Positions 1 to 8,817 of a stretch of 58,256 bases of DNA are shown here, piece after piece. Within the stretch, counting starts at the first letter, position 1. Each line of letters begins with the position of its first letter. This DNA comes from a virus (taxonomy: Duplodnaviria > Caudoviricetes), in the IMG/VR virus record IMGVR_UViG_3300006120_000024, positions 1-58,256 of that record; one strand, 5' to 3'. The notes beneath the pieces were generated by a model. It saw only the letters and a program-made list of their open reading frames with translations. It did no database searches and was not told the DNA's origin. The position numbers and the translations under genes were made by a program.

Positions 1-2
1 GT

Positions 3-683
3 CAGTTGAACGGTTCACAGACGGTTGCATACACACAATACAGCGGTGGATCTATCTTGGTATACATATTCCTTCAAAGTGGCTATTACTATCCATATAA
101 CTACGCAACCATCTCCAATGGTATATCAATTACTGCGGGTACAGCAACAACAGGAAGCTCAATTCCTCTTGGTACCGCTTTGATTCCGTTAATTAGTTTG
201 CGCCTTGCGCCATCAGTAGACTCTAACTTGATCGGTAACCTAGGTGCTCGTGAAATCATCAACCGTATGCAGCTCCACTTAAATGAGGCTGAAATTACGA
301 CAACTCACGACTCAACCATTTATATGATTCTAAATGGTGGTTTGAGTAACTTTAACTTCCAAAATGCTGGAAAGCCTTCGTTGTCACAGTACGTGCCACA
401 CCAAGGCGGAGACACTATCTCGGGTGGACTTAGTCTTTACTCATTCCGTGCATCAGGTGGTTCTGTTGACCAAGGAACAGGACGTCGTTTGTCTAATACA
501 AATGCGTTCCCATTATCAGGTATCACCGATATGGGTAACAGTATCTTGGGCGGTAACTACACATTCCCTAACGGACCAGACGTCCTGACAATTGCGGCAA
601 AGGTTATTGATACTACTGGTATCGGTAGCTCACAGCCGTACTTGATCACCGGTCGTATGTCCTGGTCAGAATCGCAGGCATAA
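3..683 (+). CDS. Tail/virion structural protein, C-terminal part (5'-truncated by the window edge)
   Basis: Frame is open from the window start. Gly/Ser/Thr-rich beta-type sequence ending in ..PDVLTIAAK..SWSESQA, like phage fibre/structural C-termini. Lies directly upstream of fibre genes. Confidence 0.6.
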   Translation, partial: QLNGSQTVAYTQYSGGSILVYIFLQSGYYYPYNYATISNGISITAGTATTGSSIPLGTALIPLISLRLAPSVDSNLIGNLGAREIINRMQLHLNEAEITTTHDSTIYMILNGGLSNFNFQNAGKPSLSQYVPHQGGDTISGGLSLYSFRASGGSVDQGTGRRLSNTNAFPLSGITDMGNSILGGNYTFPNGPDVLTIAAKVIDTTGIGSSQPYLITGRMSWSESQA

Positions 684-686
684 ACC

Positions 687-1421
687 ATGGCGATTACTTT
701 TCCAGCATCGCCTACCGTAAACCAGCTATTTGTAGCCGGTACAAAAACCTTCCAGTGGGATGGCTCAAAGTGGAACGTGTATTCCACCGCAGCCGTCTAC
801 ACTGGACCTACGGGTCCTACAGGAAATGCTGCGCCAAATCTTTACACAGCCTCTGCTACACAGCCTTCTAACCCTGTACAAGGTCAAGCGTGGTTCAATA
901 CAAACACTGGTGCCGAGTATGCCTATATTGGAACAGCGTGGGTTGAGATTGGTGTTTCACAGGCTGGACCAACGGGACCTACTGGCCCTGCTGGAACATC
1001 TGTGACAGGACCAACAGGACCTACAGGCGCCGCAGGCGCTACTGGACCTACCCCTACTGTAGCTGTTACACCTAGTGCTACCACCGCAGCTAACGGAATT
1101 GGTTTTGTGGGAATTCCCCAAAATTCTCAATCTGGGTCAACTTATACAACAGCATACTCTGATGAAGGTGCTCATGTTTATTTAACAGGTGCAACCGTTA
1201 CAGTTACAATTCCAGCAAACTCTTCTGTTGCTTATCCAATTGGAACAGCTATTACGTTTATTGCTAGCGGATCTACAACTGCAACTATTACGTGTTCAGA
1301 TACAATGTACCTTTCTGGGGTTGGATCTACTGGCAATAGAACTTTGTCATCATACGGAATGGCTACCGCAGTTAAAGTGGGAACTACTACATGGTTTATT
1401 TCAGGTAATGGACTGTCGTAA
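687..1421 (+). CDS. Collagen-like tail fibre protein
   Basis: N-terminal MAITFPASP..WDGSKW module, GPT repeats, C-terminal 'VTIPANSSVAYPIGT..TWFISG' fibre domain. Confidence 0.75.
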   Translation: MAITFPASPTVNQLFVAGTKTFQWDGSKWNVYSTAAVYTGPTGPTGNAAPNLYTASATQPSNPVQGQAWFNTNTGAEYAYIGTAWVEIGVSQAGPTGPTGPAGTSVTGPTGPTGAAGATGPTPTVAVTPSATTAANGIGFVGIPQNSQSGSTYTTAYSDEGAHVYLTGATVTVTIPANSSVAYPIGTAITFIASGSTTATITCSDTMYLSGVGSTGNRTLSSYGMATAVKVGTTTWFISGNGLS

Positions 1422-2386
1422 TGAGCGGAACATCTTTAGCTACGGTGGGGTCATTTGTAAACCGTTCACCAAACTTTTTAGTGTATGGTTACTCAAGTGG
1501 CAGTACCAGTACTCCTATTGTTTACTCAAGTAAAAATGGTATAACATATACAACTGTAAACACAGGTATTACAAGCCTAGATAATACCCAAGGAGGTTAC
1601 GGTCAAGCCGCAATAGGCGGCGGTAAATTAGTTTTGTTTCCTGGTAATGGAAATAAATCTTATGCCTCTTCTGATGGTATTAATTTTACATCTGGAACAT
1701 TACCTGGGGGATCAGCGGTTTGGTGGCGTGGTGCGGTATATGGTGGCAAAAAATACTTTGCAACAACAGTTAATAATGGCAATAATACACAAGCAGCCAT
1801 ATCAAACGATGGAATAAACTGGACCTCTATAACTATGCCAGTAGTTAACGAAAATTGGTCTATATACCCTGCGTTTTGGAATGGAAAATTTTATACGCTA
1901 GGTTATACGGGGAATTGGGCGTCTACAGCAGACGGAATTACGTGGAGTAGTGGTGCTCTTCCTGCGGGTGCCAATAATAACGGCTGGGCTGTAGGGACTT
2001 CTCCTTCCTATGTTTGGGCAGTTTCTACTCAAGGAACTGGAAGAGTTATGTACAGTTCAAACGGAAGCACTTGGAACACCAATACTAATATCCCTAACTA
2101 CAGCTACACCTCTTGCGCTTACGGAAATGGAAGATACGTAGCTTTAGAAAGAAATAACTATGCGGTATGGTCTACTGATTTAAATACTTGGAATACAGTT
2201 TCTATGCCTTCAGCTCAATATATTTGGACACAAGTAATTTGGACAGGCACATATTTTGTTGCCTTATCTGGAAATAATAATGCAACTACTGCAATTGCTT
2301 ACTCCACAAATGGTGCTTCATGGACTCAAGTAAATCTTGGCATATCCGCTTTTTATCAAAATATTGGTAATATAAATGCCTACTAA
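1421..2386 (+). CDS. Asp-box/BNR-like repeat beta-propeller protein (putative receptor-binding)
   Basis: Repeated SxDGxxW/F motifs (SSDGINF, SNDGINW, TADGITW, SSNGSTW, STDLNTW, STNGASW). Confidence 0.7.
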   Translation: MSGTSLATVGSFVNRSPNFLVYGYSSGSTSTPIVYSSKNGITYTTVNTGITSLDNTQGGYGQAAIGGGKLVLFPGNGNKSYASSDGINFTSGTLPGGSAVWWRGAVYGGKKYFATTVNNGNNTQAAISNDGINWTSITMPVVNENWSIYPAFWNGKFYTLGYTGNWASTADGITWSSGALPAGANNNGWAVGTSPSYVWAVSTQGTGRVMYSSNGSTWNTNTNIPNYSYTSCAYGNGRYVALERNNYAVWSTDLNTWNTVSMPSAQYIWTQVIWTGTYFVALSGNNNATTAIAYSTNGASWTQVNLGISAFYQNIGNINAY

Positions 2387-2398
2387 AGGAGATAACTA

Positions 2399-3196
2399 AT
2401 GGCTATCAGTTTTCCAAACTTACCAACACTTAACCAAACCTACACCTACGGTAGTAATACTTGGACATGGGATGGGGCGGAATGGAACTTAGTTCGTTCC
2501 CCTTTTAGCGGACCCACTGGACCAACAGGTTCTACTGGTGCCACGGGAGCTACGGGAGCTACGGGTGCTACTGGATCTACGGGTACTGCTGGAGCTACTG
2601 GCCCTACTGGTGCGACAGGTAATACGGCAGCTGTTATGGACAGTGTTTACCCGACTCACTTAGAGAACTTTTCACGAACCAGTGTGCTTGGTACCGCCTC
2701 AATTCAAACAAGTAGCTACTCTAACGGCGCAGGCATAATAGCGAATAGAAACTTAACAGTTAGTTCAATATCAATGCAATTGACAAACGGTTCCGGAGCA
2801 TCTGGAGCAACGTTTAGCAGATTTTTGTTGTATTCTTACACTCAATCAACGAATGCGCTTACTTTACTAGCCCAAACTGCAAACGATACAACACTTCTAA
2901 CAAGCGCCGGTACCCTGTATACTAGATCGTTTGTTACTGGTGGGGGATACCCTTCAACTGTAAATCTTACAGCTGGAAGCCAATATTTTGTCTTCTTTAT
3001 GTCAAATGCAACCACTGGGCCATTCCCTGCCGGTATTTCTGGGGGATATTATTCGTTTTATTATCAAGGCACTAGCGACCCAGCTATATATGGGTATAAT
3101 CTTGGTGGCTCTCTAAGCCCCATATCGGATTCACCAGCATCTGGTACGTTACAGTATCAAAGCGCTTTTCAAATCCCATGGGTAAGACTGAAGTAG
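2399..3196 (+). CDS. Collagen-like tail fibre protein
   Basis: N-terminus paralogous to 687..1421, then about 12 consecutive G-X-T/A triplets. SD AAGGAG upstream. Confidence 0.75.
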   Translation: MAISFPNLPTLNQTYTYGSNTWTWDGAEWNLVRSPFSGPTGPTGSTGATGATGATGATGSTGTAGATGPTGATGNTAAVMDSVYPTHLENFSRTSVLGTASIQTSSYSNGAGIIANRNLTVSSISMQLTNGSGASGATFSRFLLYSYTQSTNALTLLAQTANDTTLLTSAGTLYTRSFVTGGGYPSTVNLTAGSQYFVFFMSNATTGPFPAGISGGYYSFYYQGTSDPAIYGYNLGGSLSPISDSPASGTLQYQSAFQIPWVRLK

Positions 3197-3203
3197 GAGA
3201 AAA

Positions 3204-3341
3204 ATGTCAACTGAAATTACGAAAACCCTCGTTAGTTCAAACGAGTTCTCTGATACATATGACGTCTATTTAGGCGATGAATTAATCGGTCAAGACGTTG
3301 TCTTTAAGCCCGTTGACGAAACAACGCAGGGTAACCAATAA
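3204..3341 (+). CDS. Small acidic hypothetical protein (45 aa, not in ORF track)
   Basis: AGGAGA SD then ATG; reads MSTEITKTLVSSNEFSDTYDVYLGDELIGQDVVFKPVDETTQGNQ; fills the intergenic gap. Confidence 0.6.
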   Translation: MSTEITKTLVSSNEFSDTYDVYLGDELIGQDVVFKPVDETTQGNQ

Positions 3342-3350
3342 TAACCACCC

Positions 3351-3379
3351 TATAGGGTATGATATACTAAAACCCTATA
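3351..3379 (+). promoter_or_regulatory. Extended -10 promoter (TGA-TATACT) enclosed by an 8-bp inverted repeat
   Basis: TATAGGGT (3351-3358) and ACCCTATA (3372-3379) flank TATACT (3363-3368). SD AAGGAG and ATG 3395 follow. Confidence 0.55.
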
Positions 3380-3394
3380 CCTAAGGAGAATAAC

Positions 3395-3613
3395 ATGTCA
3401 GACCACGCTGATTTCTACGCATCTCTGACCTCAGTAGAGGTCGAAAGCGATCAAGAGAATATGAGAAAGTACGAAGAGAAGGATACAGACGGCAACGTAG
3501 TAGGTACCCGCTATGAGGTTATAGACCCAACCCAGCCTATTGCTATTCCTTCACGTCATGAGAACTTTATGGGTAAAAGCAATGATTTCACAGTAGAAGG
3601 AACAGAGGAATAA
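3395..3613 (+). CDS. Hypothetical protein
   Basis: Good SD, acidic 72 aa ORF. Confidence 0.6.
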   Translation: MSDHADFYASLTSVEVESDQENMRKYEEKDTDGNVVGTRYEVIDPTQPIAIPSRHENFMGKSNDFTVEGTEE

Positions 3614-3616
3614 TAT

Positions 3617-3883
3617 ATGAGCGCATCAGAAGCAAAGAAGATGGTTATCTCCGTTGGCGGAGCTATTCCAGATAACAACGGCATCATCCACTCAATGGAG
3701 TTTAAGGTCCTGTATTCATTAGACGGCTTTGAGAAGATTTATGATTACCAAGCAACTGGTGAATGGGATGCCCGTGTTGATATGCCTAAGTTCACTCCAG
3801 ACTCATTTATTGAACTTGTTGATCTAACCCAGCTTGACCCATTATTTGAAGCAGACTACACTACTCGTAACACTACTAACTAA
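3617..3883 (+). CDS. Hypothetical protein
   Basis: Operon-packed ORF. Confidence 0.6.
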   Translation: MSASEAKKMVISVGGAIPDNNGIIHSMEFKVLYSLDGFEKIYDYQATGEWDARVDMPKFTPDSFIELVDLTQLDPLFEADYTTRNTTN

Positions 3884-3891
3884 GGACTACT

Positions 3892-4185
3892 ATGACTGAT
3901 CTACCAATTGAAGACGCAGTAATTGTTGACGAAACACCTGCTGCAGAACAACCACCTAAAGACAAGTACAAGACAGCCTTTGTTGTCCTAAAGCGTCCTG
4001 ACGGAACTTATGTAGCCGTATCAGATCTTGAGACAACATATGATATTGAACGTCAATCAACTCTTATTGATGTAAAGCGTGGGGCGCAGGATGTACTAGA
4101 TGCTGTTAAAGAGATTGAACTTGCTAACCTCTTGCGTGCGGTAAATGGTCCACAAATGCCACCACAGGCGGATCACACGCACTAA
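3892..4185 (+). CDS. Hypothetical protein, paralogue of 54008..54277
   Basis: SD AAGGA; shares an F-x-V...DG...ER-x-(S/A)-(T/S)-L pattern with the 54008 ORF. Confidence 0.65.
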   Translation: MTDLPIEDAVIVDETPAAEQPPKDKYKTAFVVLKRPDGTYVAVSDLETTYDIERQSTLIDVKRGAQDVLDAVKEIELANLLRAVNGPQMPPQADHTH

Positions 4186-5243
4186 TGAAGATAGCAGTCT
4201 ATACGATTGCTCTAAATGAAGAACAGTTTGTAGAGAGTTGGTATAACTCCGCTAAGGAAGCAGATTACCTACTTATTGCAGATACAGGCTCTACAGATAA
4301 AACTGTAGAGCTTGCTTTTTCTCTGGGCATTAATGTTGTGAGTATAAGCGTTAAACCTTGGCGTTTTGATGATGCACGAAATGCTTCTCTAGCAGTGCTT
4401 CCAGATGATATTGATTATTGCATCGCCCTTGATATGGATGAGCAACTCCAACCGGGATGGCGTGAGCATTTAGAGAAAGCCACCACCACTAGACCTCGTT
4501 ATACCTACACGTGGAATTGGCGAGAAGATGGTAAGCCGGGTCTTCAATACCAAGGCGACAAGATTCATAAGCGCCACGGATACCGTTGGAAACATCCTGT
4601 CCATGAGGTTTTGGTTAACGATAGAACTGATGAGACATCTGAAACTGTAGGGCTTGAGATTCATCACCACGCAGATGACACTAAGCCTCGTAGCCAGTAC
4701 ATGCCGCTTCTTGCACAATCGGCGCATGAGAACCCATACGACGATAGAGTTGCGTTTTACTACGCTAGAGAACTGTTCTTCTACAACCTAAGAGAACAGG
4801 CTAAAGCGGAATTCTTACGCCACCAATCTTTGCCTACGGCAACTTGGGCGCCTGAGGTGGCAGCCTCTATGCGCTATGTTGCACAGCTTTCTGAAGGTCA
4901 GGAAAGACTAGAGTGGTTATTTAAAGCTAATGATAAATCACCTGGGCGTAGGGAAACCTTGGTTGAAATTGCTCAGTATTATTATGAAAATCAAGATTGG
5001 GAAAACCTATTTAAGTATGCCCAACAAGCGCTAGATATAAAAGAAAAACCTTTGGACTATCTATGTGAAGAGATTGCTTGGAATGAAAAACCATATGACC
5101 TGGCAGCTTTAGGGGCATATAATCTTGGAAAGTATGAGCTTGCTGTAGAGTACGGATCAAAAGCGGCAGAGATAAACCCTGTAGATGAGCGTATTTCTAG
5201 TAACTTAGTATTCTATAAAGCAGCACAAAACCCCATATCTTAG
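4185..5243 (+). CDS. Glycosyltransferase family 2 with C-terminal TPR repeats
   Basis: MKIAVYTIALNEE, DTGSTD, FDDARN, DMDE (DxD) and WKHPVHE motifs; helical TPR-like C-terminus. Confidence 0.9.
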   Translation: MKIAVYTIALNEEQFVESWYNSAKEADYLLIADTGSTDKTVELAFSLGINVVSISVKPWRFDDARNASLAVLPDDIDYCIALDMDEQLQPGWREHLEKATTTRPRYTYTWNWREDGKPGLQYQGDKIHKRHGYRWKHPVHEVLVNDRTDETSETVGLEIHHHADDTKPRSQYMPLLAQSAHENPYDDRVAFYYARELFFYNLREQAKAEFLRHQSLPTATWAPEVAASMRYVAQLSEGQERLEWLFKANDKSPGRRETLVEIAQYYYENQDWENLFKYAQQALDIKEKPLDYLCEEIAWNEKPYDLAALGAYNLGKYELAVEYGSKAAEINPVDERISSNLVFYKAAQNPIS

Positions 5244-5273
5244 GATATAGTTAGGCCATAACGAAGGAGTCCC

Positions 5274-5615
5274 ATGGCAACAAACTATTCCATCCTAGGC
5301 CAGGCAGTACCTACCTCAGGTAACTCTGATGTATATGCCTCCCCGGCTGCTACCCAGACTGTGATCTCTACGATTGCCGTCTGTAATACAACCACAAGCC
5401 CAGCTACGGCTACTATCTATATCCGTAAGGCTTCTGGTGGTACCCCGGCTGCTGCAAGCACATCTAACGCTTTTGCCTACCAGCAGACTATTGCAGCTTT
5501 GAGTACCCAGACATTTTCTATCGGGGCTACCGTAGGCGCATACGATACTATCACTGTAGCTTCAGGTACAGCATCAGCTCTTACCTTCCACGTATTTGGA
5601 TGCCAGGTTAGCTAA
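5274..5615 (+). CDS. Small virion/fibre-associated protein
   Basis: MATNYSILGQ..TVISTIAVCN..FHVFG pattern seen in phage fibre clusters; SD AAGGAG; -10 TATAGT at 5246-5251. Confidence 0.6.
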   Translation: MATNYSILGQAVPTSGNSDVYASPAATQTVISTIAVCNTTTSPATATIYIRKASGGTPAAASTSNAFAYQQTIAALSTQTFSIGATVGAYDTITVASGTASALTFHVFGCQVS

Positions 5616-5809
5616 TGACACATAGAGAATTTCCCGAGGTACTTGATACCCCGCTTGCTACTACCAACCTTGTCTATAGCCCTACAGCTACCAAGGTAGT
5701 TTCCCCTACCACGGTTACTATCGGGGCTCTTCGTAATATCTACGCATCAACCGTTGCTCCTCAGTCTACTGATGGCGCAGACGGAGATATCTGGGTTCAA
5801 TATATCTAA
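5615..5809 (+). CDS. Small fibre adaptor-like protein
   Basis: Ends in the P..DGADGDIWVQY motif typical of fibre junction modules. Confidence 0.55.
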   Translation: MTHREFPEVLDTPLATTNLVYSPTATKVVSPTTVTIGALRNIYASTVAPQSTDGADGDIWVQYI

Positions 5810-6942
5810 TGGCCGGTGAGATCCGCAACAGTGGGACGTGGAGGACTATTTCAGCCACCACGGTTAAAGTCGCGGGCACATGGCGTACAGGCAAGGCTGT
5901 TTTTGTTAAAGTAGGCGGAACTTGGCATCAATGGTTTACAGCTCTCTTCTCAGATACCTTTGCTAGAACAACTGTTGGCCAGCTAGGCACATCTTCTAGC
6001 GGTGGAATCTGGCAGGCTATTAAAGGCACTTGGTTTGCTAATGGTAGCCGTGCTCAATCTAACGATACCCCAAGCAACAACTCTATTGCTGCTACAGATA
6101 TGGGTAGCCCAAACGTAACCATCACAGCTCAGAATGTAAGCCTGGGTACAGGCATCTCCTTCTTAGTTGTAGACTCAAATAACTGGTGGGCAGCTGTAGG
6201 TCTTGAGAATGACTCAACCTATACATACTCCTACACATATAGTGCGCCCTATACCCAAAGCTATTCTTATACCTATGGAGTTGGGTATACATCTAGTACC
6301 CCGCTTGGTTACTATGCAACGGGCACCTCGTACTATTACTACACAGCTTACGCTCCCAATGGAACATTCACAACTACTACCACGTATAATTTTGTACAAA
6401 CTTCTCCTGCGTATACTATTTTTGTTCACTACATCTACCAACCAGATGGATATCATTATGCTGTAATGGCTTATTACTATACTGTGCCAGCAAGTGGGTA
6501 CACAACTAGCTCAACCACTACTACCCCTAATTACTATTCATATACGGCTTTAGGATCGTCTACTAGTTATGCACCTTACTATTACGGCGTTTACTACACA
6601 ACAGGAACCGGGTATACAAACTCTACCTATACCACTACAGGTACGGGTACTGGAACCACAGTAAAGTACTACCTAAACCTATACAAATCTGTAGCTGGAA
6701 CCGTAACTACGGTAGCTTCCGTGGCCTTATCTTCTATACTATCATCATTAAAAGTACAGATTTCAGGAACCTCCGCCACAGCTACCGCCTTTAGCGATAA
6801 CGCTCAAACTACCTCTGTAGGCACCACTACCCAGAGCTTGGGCGGAACACCTACTGCTACCAAGCATGGTATTATTTTGACTACCTCGGCTCAAAACCAG
6901 GGATACACGATGGGTTACTTCACCTCATCCATTACGGGATAA
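5809..6942 (+). CDS. Fibre-tip / lectin-like protein with a long Tyr/Thr-rich insertion
   Basis: N-terminal repeated (V)KVxGTW motifs, FSDTFAR beta-sandwich-like start, about 150 aa Y/T/S-rich central segment. Confidence 0.6.
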   Translation: MAGEIRNSGTWRTISATTVKVAGTWRTGKAVFVKVGGTWHQWFTALFSDTFARTTVGQLGTSSSGGIWQAIKGTWFANGSRAQSNDTPSNNSIAATDMGSPNVTITAQNVSLGTGISFLVVDSNNWWAAVGLENDSTYTYSYTYSAPYTQSYSYTYGVGYTSSTPLGYYATGTSYYYYTAYAPNGTFTTTTTYNFVQTSPAYTIFVHYIYQPDGYHYAVMAYYYTVPASGYTTSSTTTTPNYYSYTALGSSTSYAPYYYGVYYTTGTGYTNSTYTTTGTGTGTTVKYYLNLYKSVAGTVTTVASVALSSILSSLKVQISGTSATATAFSDNAQTTSVGTTTQSLGGTPTATKHGIILTTSAQNQGYTMGYFTSSITG

Positions 6943-6963
6943 TTTCATAGCAGGAGGCGCAAA

Positions 6964-7647
6964 ATTAAGATATTTAAGTTCGTTCCTAGTCCGCTTGTAA
7001 AGTCGGACCATAAGGTTCCCCTACCAGTTAAGGCTGTGTTGCCTGAATGGTATAAAAATGCTGAGCGCTATTATTATGATAAGCATGGCGTTGAATATGA
7101 TGGATTAAAGGTATGCGTTCCTTTTCTTGACGCAATGATCTCAGGATATGTTCTAGTAACACCCATAGATATTGAAGTCTCTCTTGATGAAGAAGGAAAA
7201 GTAAAACTAGCTTGGGATGATCCCGGCTTTCAACCTATTAATGAACGTATAGGTTTAACTGGGCACACGATTCCGCGTCCTGCCGGCCATGCCCATAACC
7301 ATTTAGCTTGGAACTGCCAATGGGGTTGGAGCACTCCTGAGGGGTACAGCGTATTGGTTACACACCCACTTAACAGATTTGAACTTCCTTTTACGACTAT
7401 GTCGGGAATAGTAGATACTGAAGACTTTATGGGTTGGGGAAATATCCCATTCTTTATTAGAGAAGGTTTTACTGGGGTAATTCCAGCGGGCACACCGATT
7501 GCTCAACTCATACCTATTAAACGTGATAAGTGGGTATACGCACAATCCTTTAATAGCACAGAGCCACAGCTACAAAGAAGCAGCTTATTGCGTAGAGGAA
7601 GAGGCGTGTATAAAAAGCTGTGGAGAAAGCCAAAGGAATATAACTAA
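6964..7647 (+). CDS. DUF6065-like protein (dUTPase-like beta fold); probable ATT start at 6964
   Basis: PEWYK, KVCVPFLDAM.SGY, W..STPEGYSVL.THP.NR and GVIPAGTPIAQLIP motifs. Frame is open upstream of GTG 7036 to ATT 6964, which follows AGGAGG. Confidence 0.6.
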   Translation: MKIFKFVPSPLVKSDHKVPLPVKAVLPEWYKNAERYYYDKHGVEYDGLKVCVPFLDAMISGYVLVTPIDIEVSLDEEGKVKLAWDDPGFQPINERIGLTGHTIPRPAGHAHNHLAWNCQWGWSTPEGYSVLVTHPLNRFELPFTTMSGIVDTEDFMGWGNIPFFIREGFTGVIPAGTPIAQLIPIKRDKWVYAQSFNSTEPQLQRSSLLRRGRGVYKKLWRKPKEYN

Positions 7648-7838
7648 TGTTTAAAAAGAAACCCAAGACTTACCCTCAAACAGTACTTAACTCAAGACAA
7701 GACCGCAAGCATGGCGTAATTGTTTTAGGTGTTGTAGTTGATGGCAAGGTAGTAGATAAGTTTGCTGTAGACAATCCTAGATTGGCATCCTTGTTTTTAA
7801 GCAACCCTACTTTTATAGACCTGGAAGAGAACAACTAA
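7647..7838 (+). CDS. Small hypothetical protein
   Basis: TAATG coupling at both ends. Confidence 0.6.
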   Translation: MFKKKPKTYPQTVLNSRQDRKHGVIVLGVVVDGKVVDKFAVDNPRLASLFLSNPTFIDLEENN

Positions 7839-8815
7839 TGTCAATTTACATTGCTATTCCTACTATGTATGACAACCAAGTTGAGTTCACAGTCAATGAG
7901 GCTATTAGATTTGCAGATAAACCAGAAAAACTTACCATAGGACTATCTCTTATGGAAACAGCGCACTCTGAATTAGACTATGAAGTTTTCTATGAAAAGA
8001 AGATTGCTCCTCTTTTAAACTACCCGCAGGTAAAGTTTAAGCGGTTTAAGGTTGGAGAATACCTCCCATCTATTGGATTTGGTCGAGATTCTTCTCTATC
8101 TATGTACACAGACGAGGACTACATACTGCAGATTGATTCTCACACCTTATTTGAAAAGGGATGGGACACTAAGCTGATTGATATCTATGAAGGCGCTTTA
8201 AAAGAAACTAACAACCCTAAGACAATTGTGACCTCATATCTTCCTATGTACGTTCATTTAGATAATGATCAACGTGTCTCAGAGGATAAAGATAAGCTTG
8301 CTTCCTACCCTATTATGATGTTTCGTACTTGGTACGACACAGGCATTCCTGCTTGGAAGGATCACAATCTTCGTACTAAAGGCATAGTTAGAGATGAACT
8401 ATACCTACCTTGTATTAAATTCAATGCTCAGTTTGCTTTTTCCAATAAAAACTATATTGAAAACACAGGCTTAGGAATAGATACTATCTTCTGGGAAGAA
8501 GAAATAGTCCAAACTATGAACCTTCTTAGTGCTGGCTTCTCTCTGGTATTTCCAAATATGGTTGTCCCCCTTTCTCACCTATTTCAAAATAATACTAGCC
8601 CCGACGTTAACCATCCTGCGTACCGGGTCACTGGAGCCAACCCTAGGCTTATTCCAAATGAAGAGTATATTGGCGGGATTAAAGAGTCTTGGCTGCGCTT
8701 TATCAAAGACCCAGCAAATGCTGAAAAGGTCAAGAAGTTTACCGAGTACACAAAGGTAAACATCAAATACGGACCCTTCCAAGAGGGGTATATTCCTACA
8801 GACTACAACCGATAA
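7838..8815 (+). CDS. GT60-like (Skp1-hydroxyproline GlcNAc-transferase family) glycosyltransferase
   Basis: SIYIAIP start, G.GR, DYILQIDSHTLFEKGWD signature, F.AQFAFS and FWEEE motifs. Confidence 0.8.
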   Translation: MSIYIAIPTMYDNQVEFTVNEAIRFADKPEKLTIGLSLMETAHSELDYEVFYEKKIAPLLNYPQVKFKRFKVGEYLPSIGFGRDSSLSMYTDEDYILQIDSHTLFEKGWDTKLIDIYEGALKETNNPKTIVTSYLPMYVHLDNDQRVSEDKDKLASYPIMMFRTWYDTGIPAWKDHNLRTKGIVRDELYLPCIKFNAQFAFSNKNYIENTGLGIDTIFWEEEIVQTMNLLSAGFSLVFPNMVVPLSHLFQNNTSPDVNHPAYRVTGANPRLIPNEEYIGGIKESWLRFIKDPANAEKVKKFTEYTKVNIKYGPFQEGYIPTDYNR

Positions 8816-8817
8816 GG

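Noticed and set aside
5809-6942. Diversity-generating retroelement target
   Set aside because: No reverse transcriptase and no template/variable repeat pair seen in the window.
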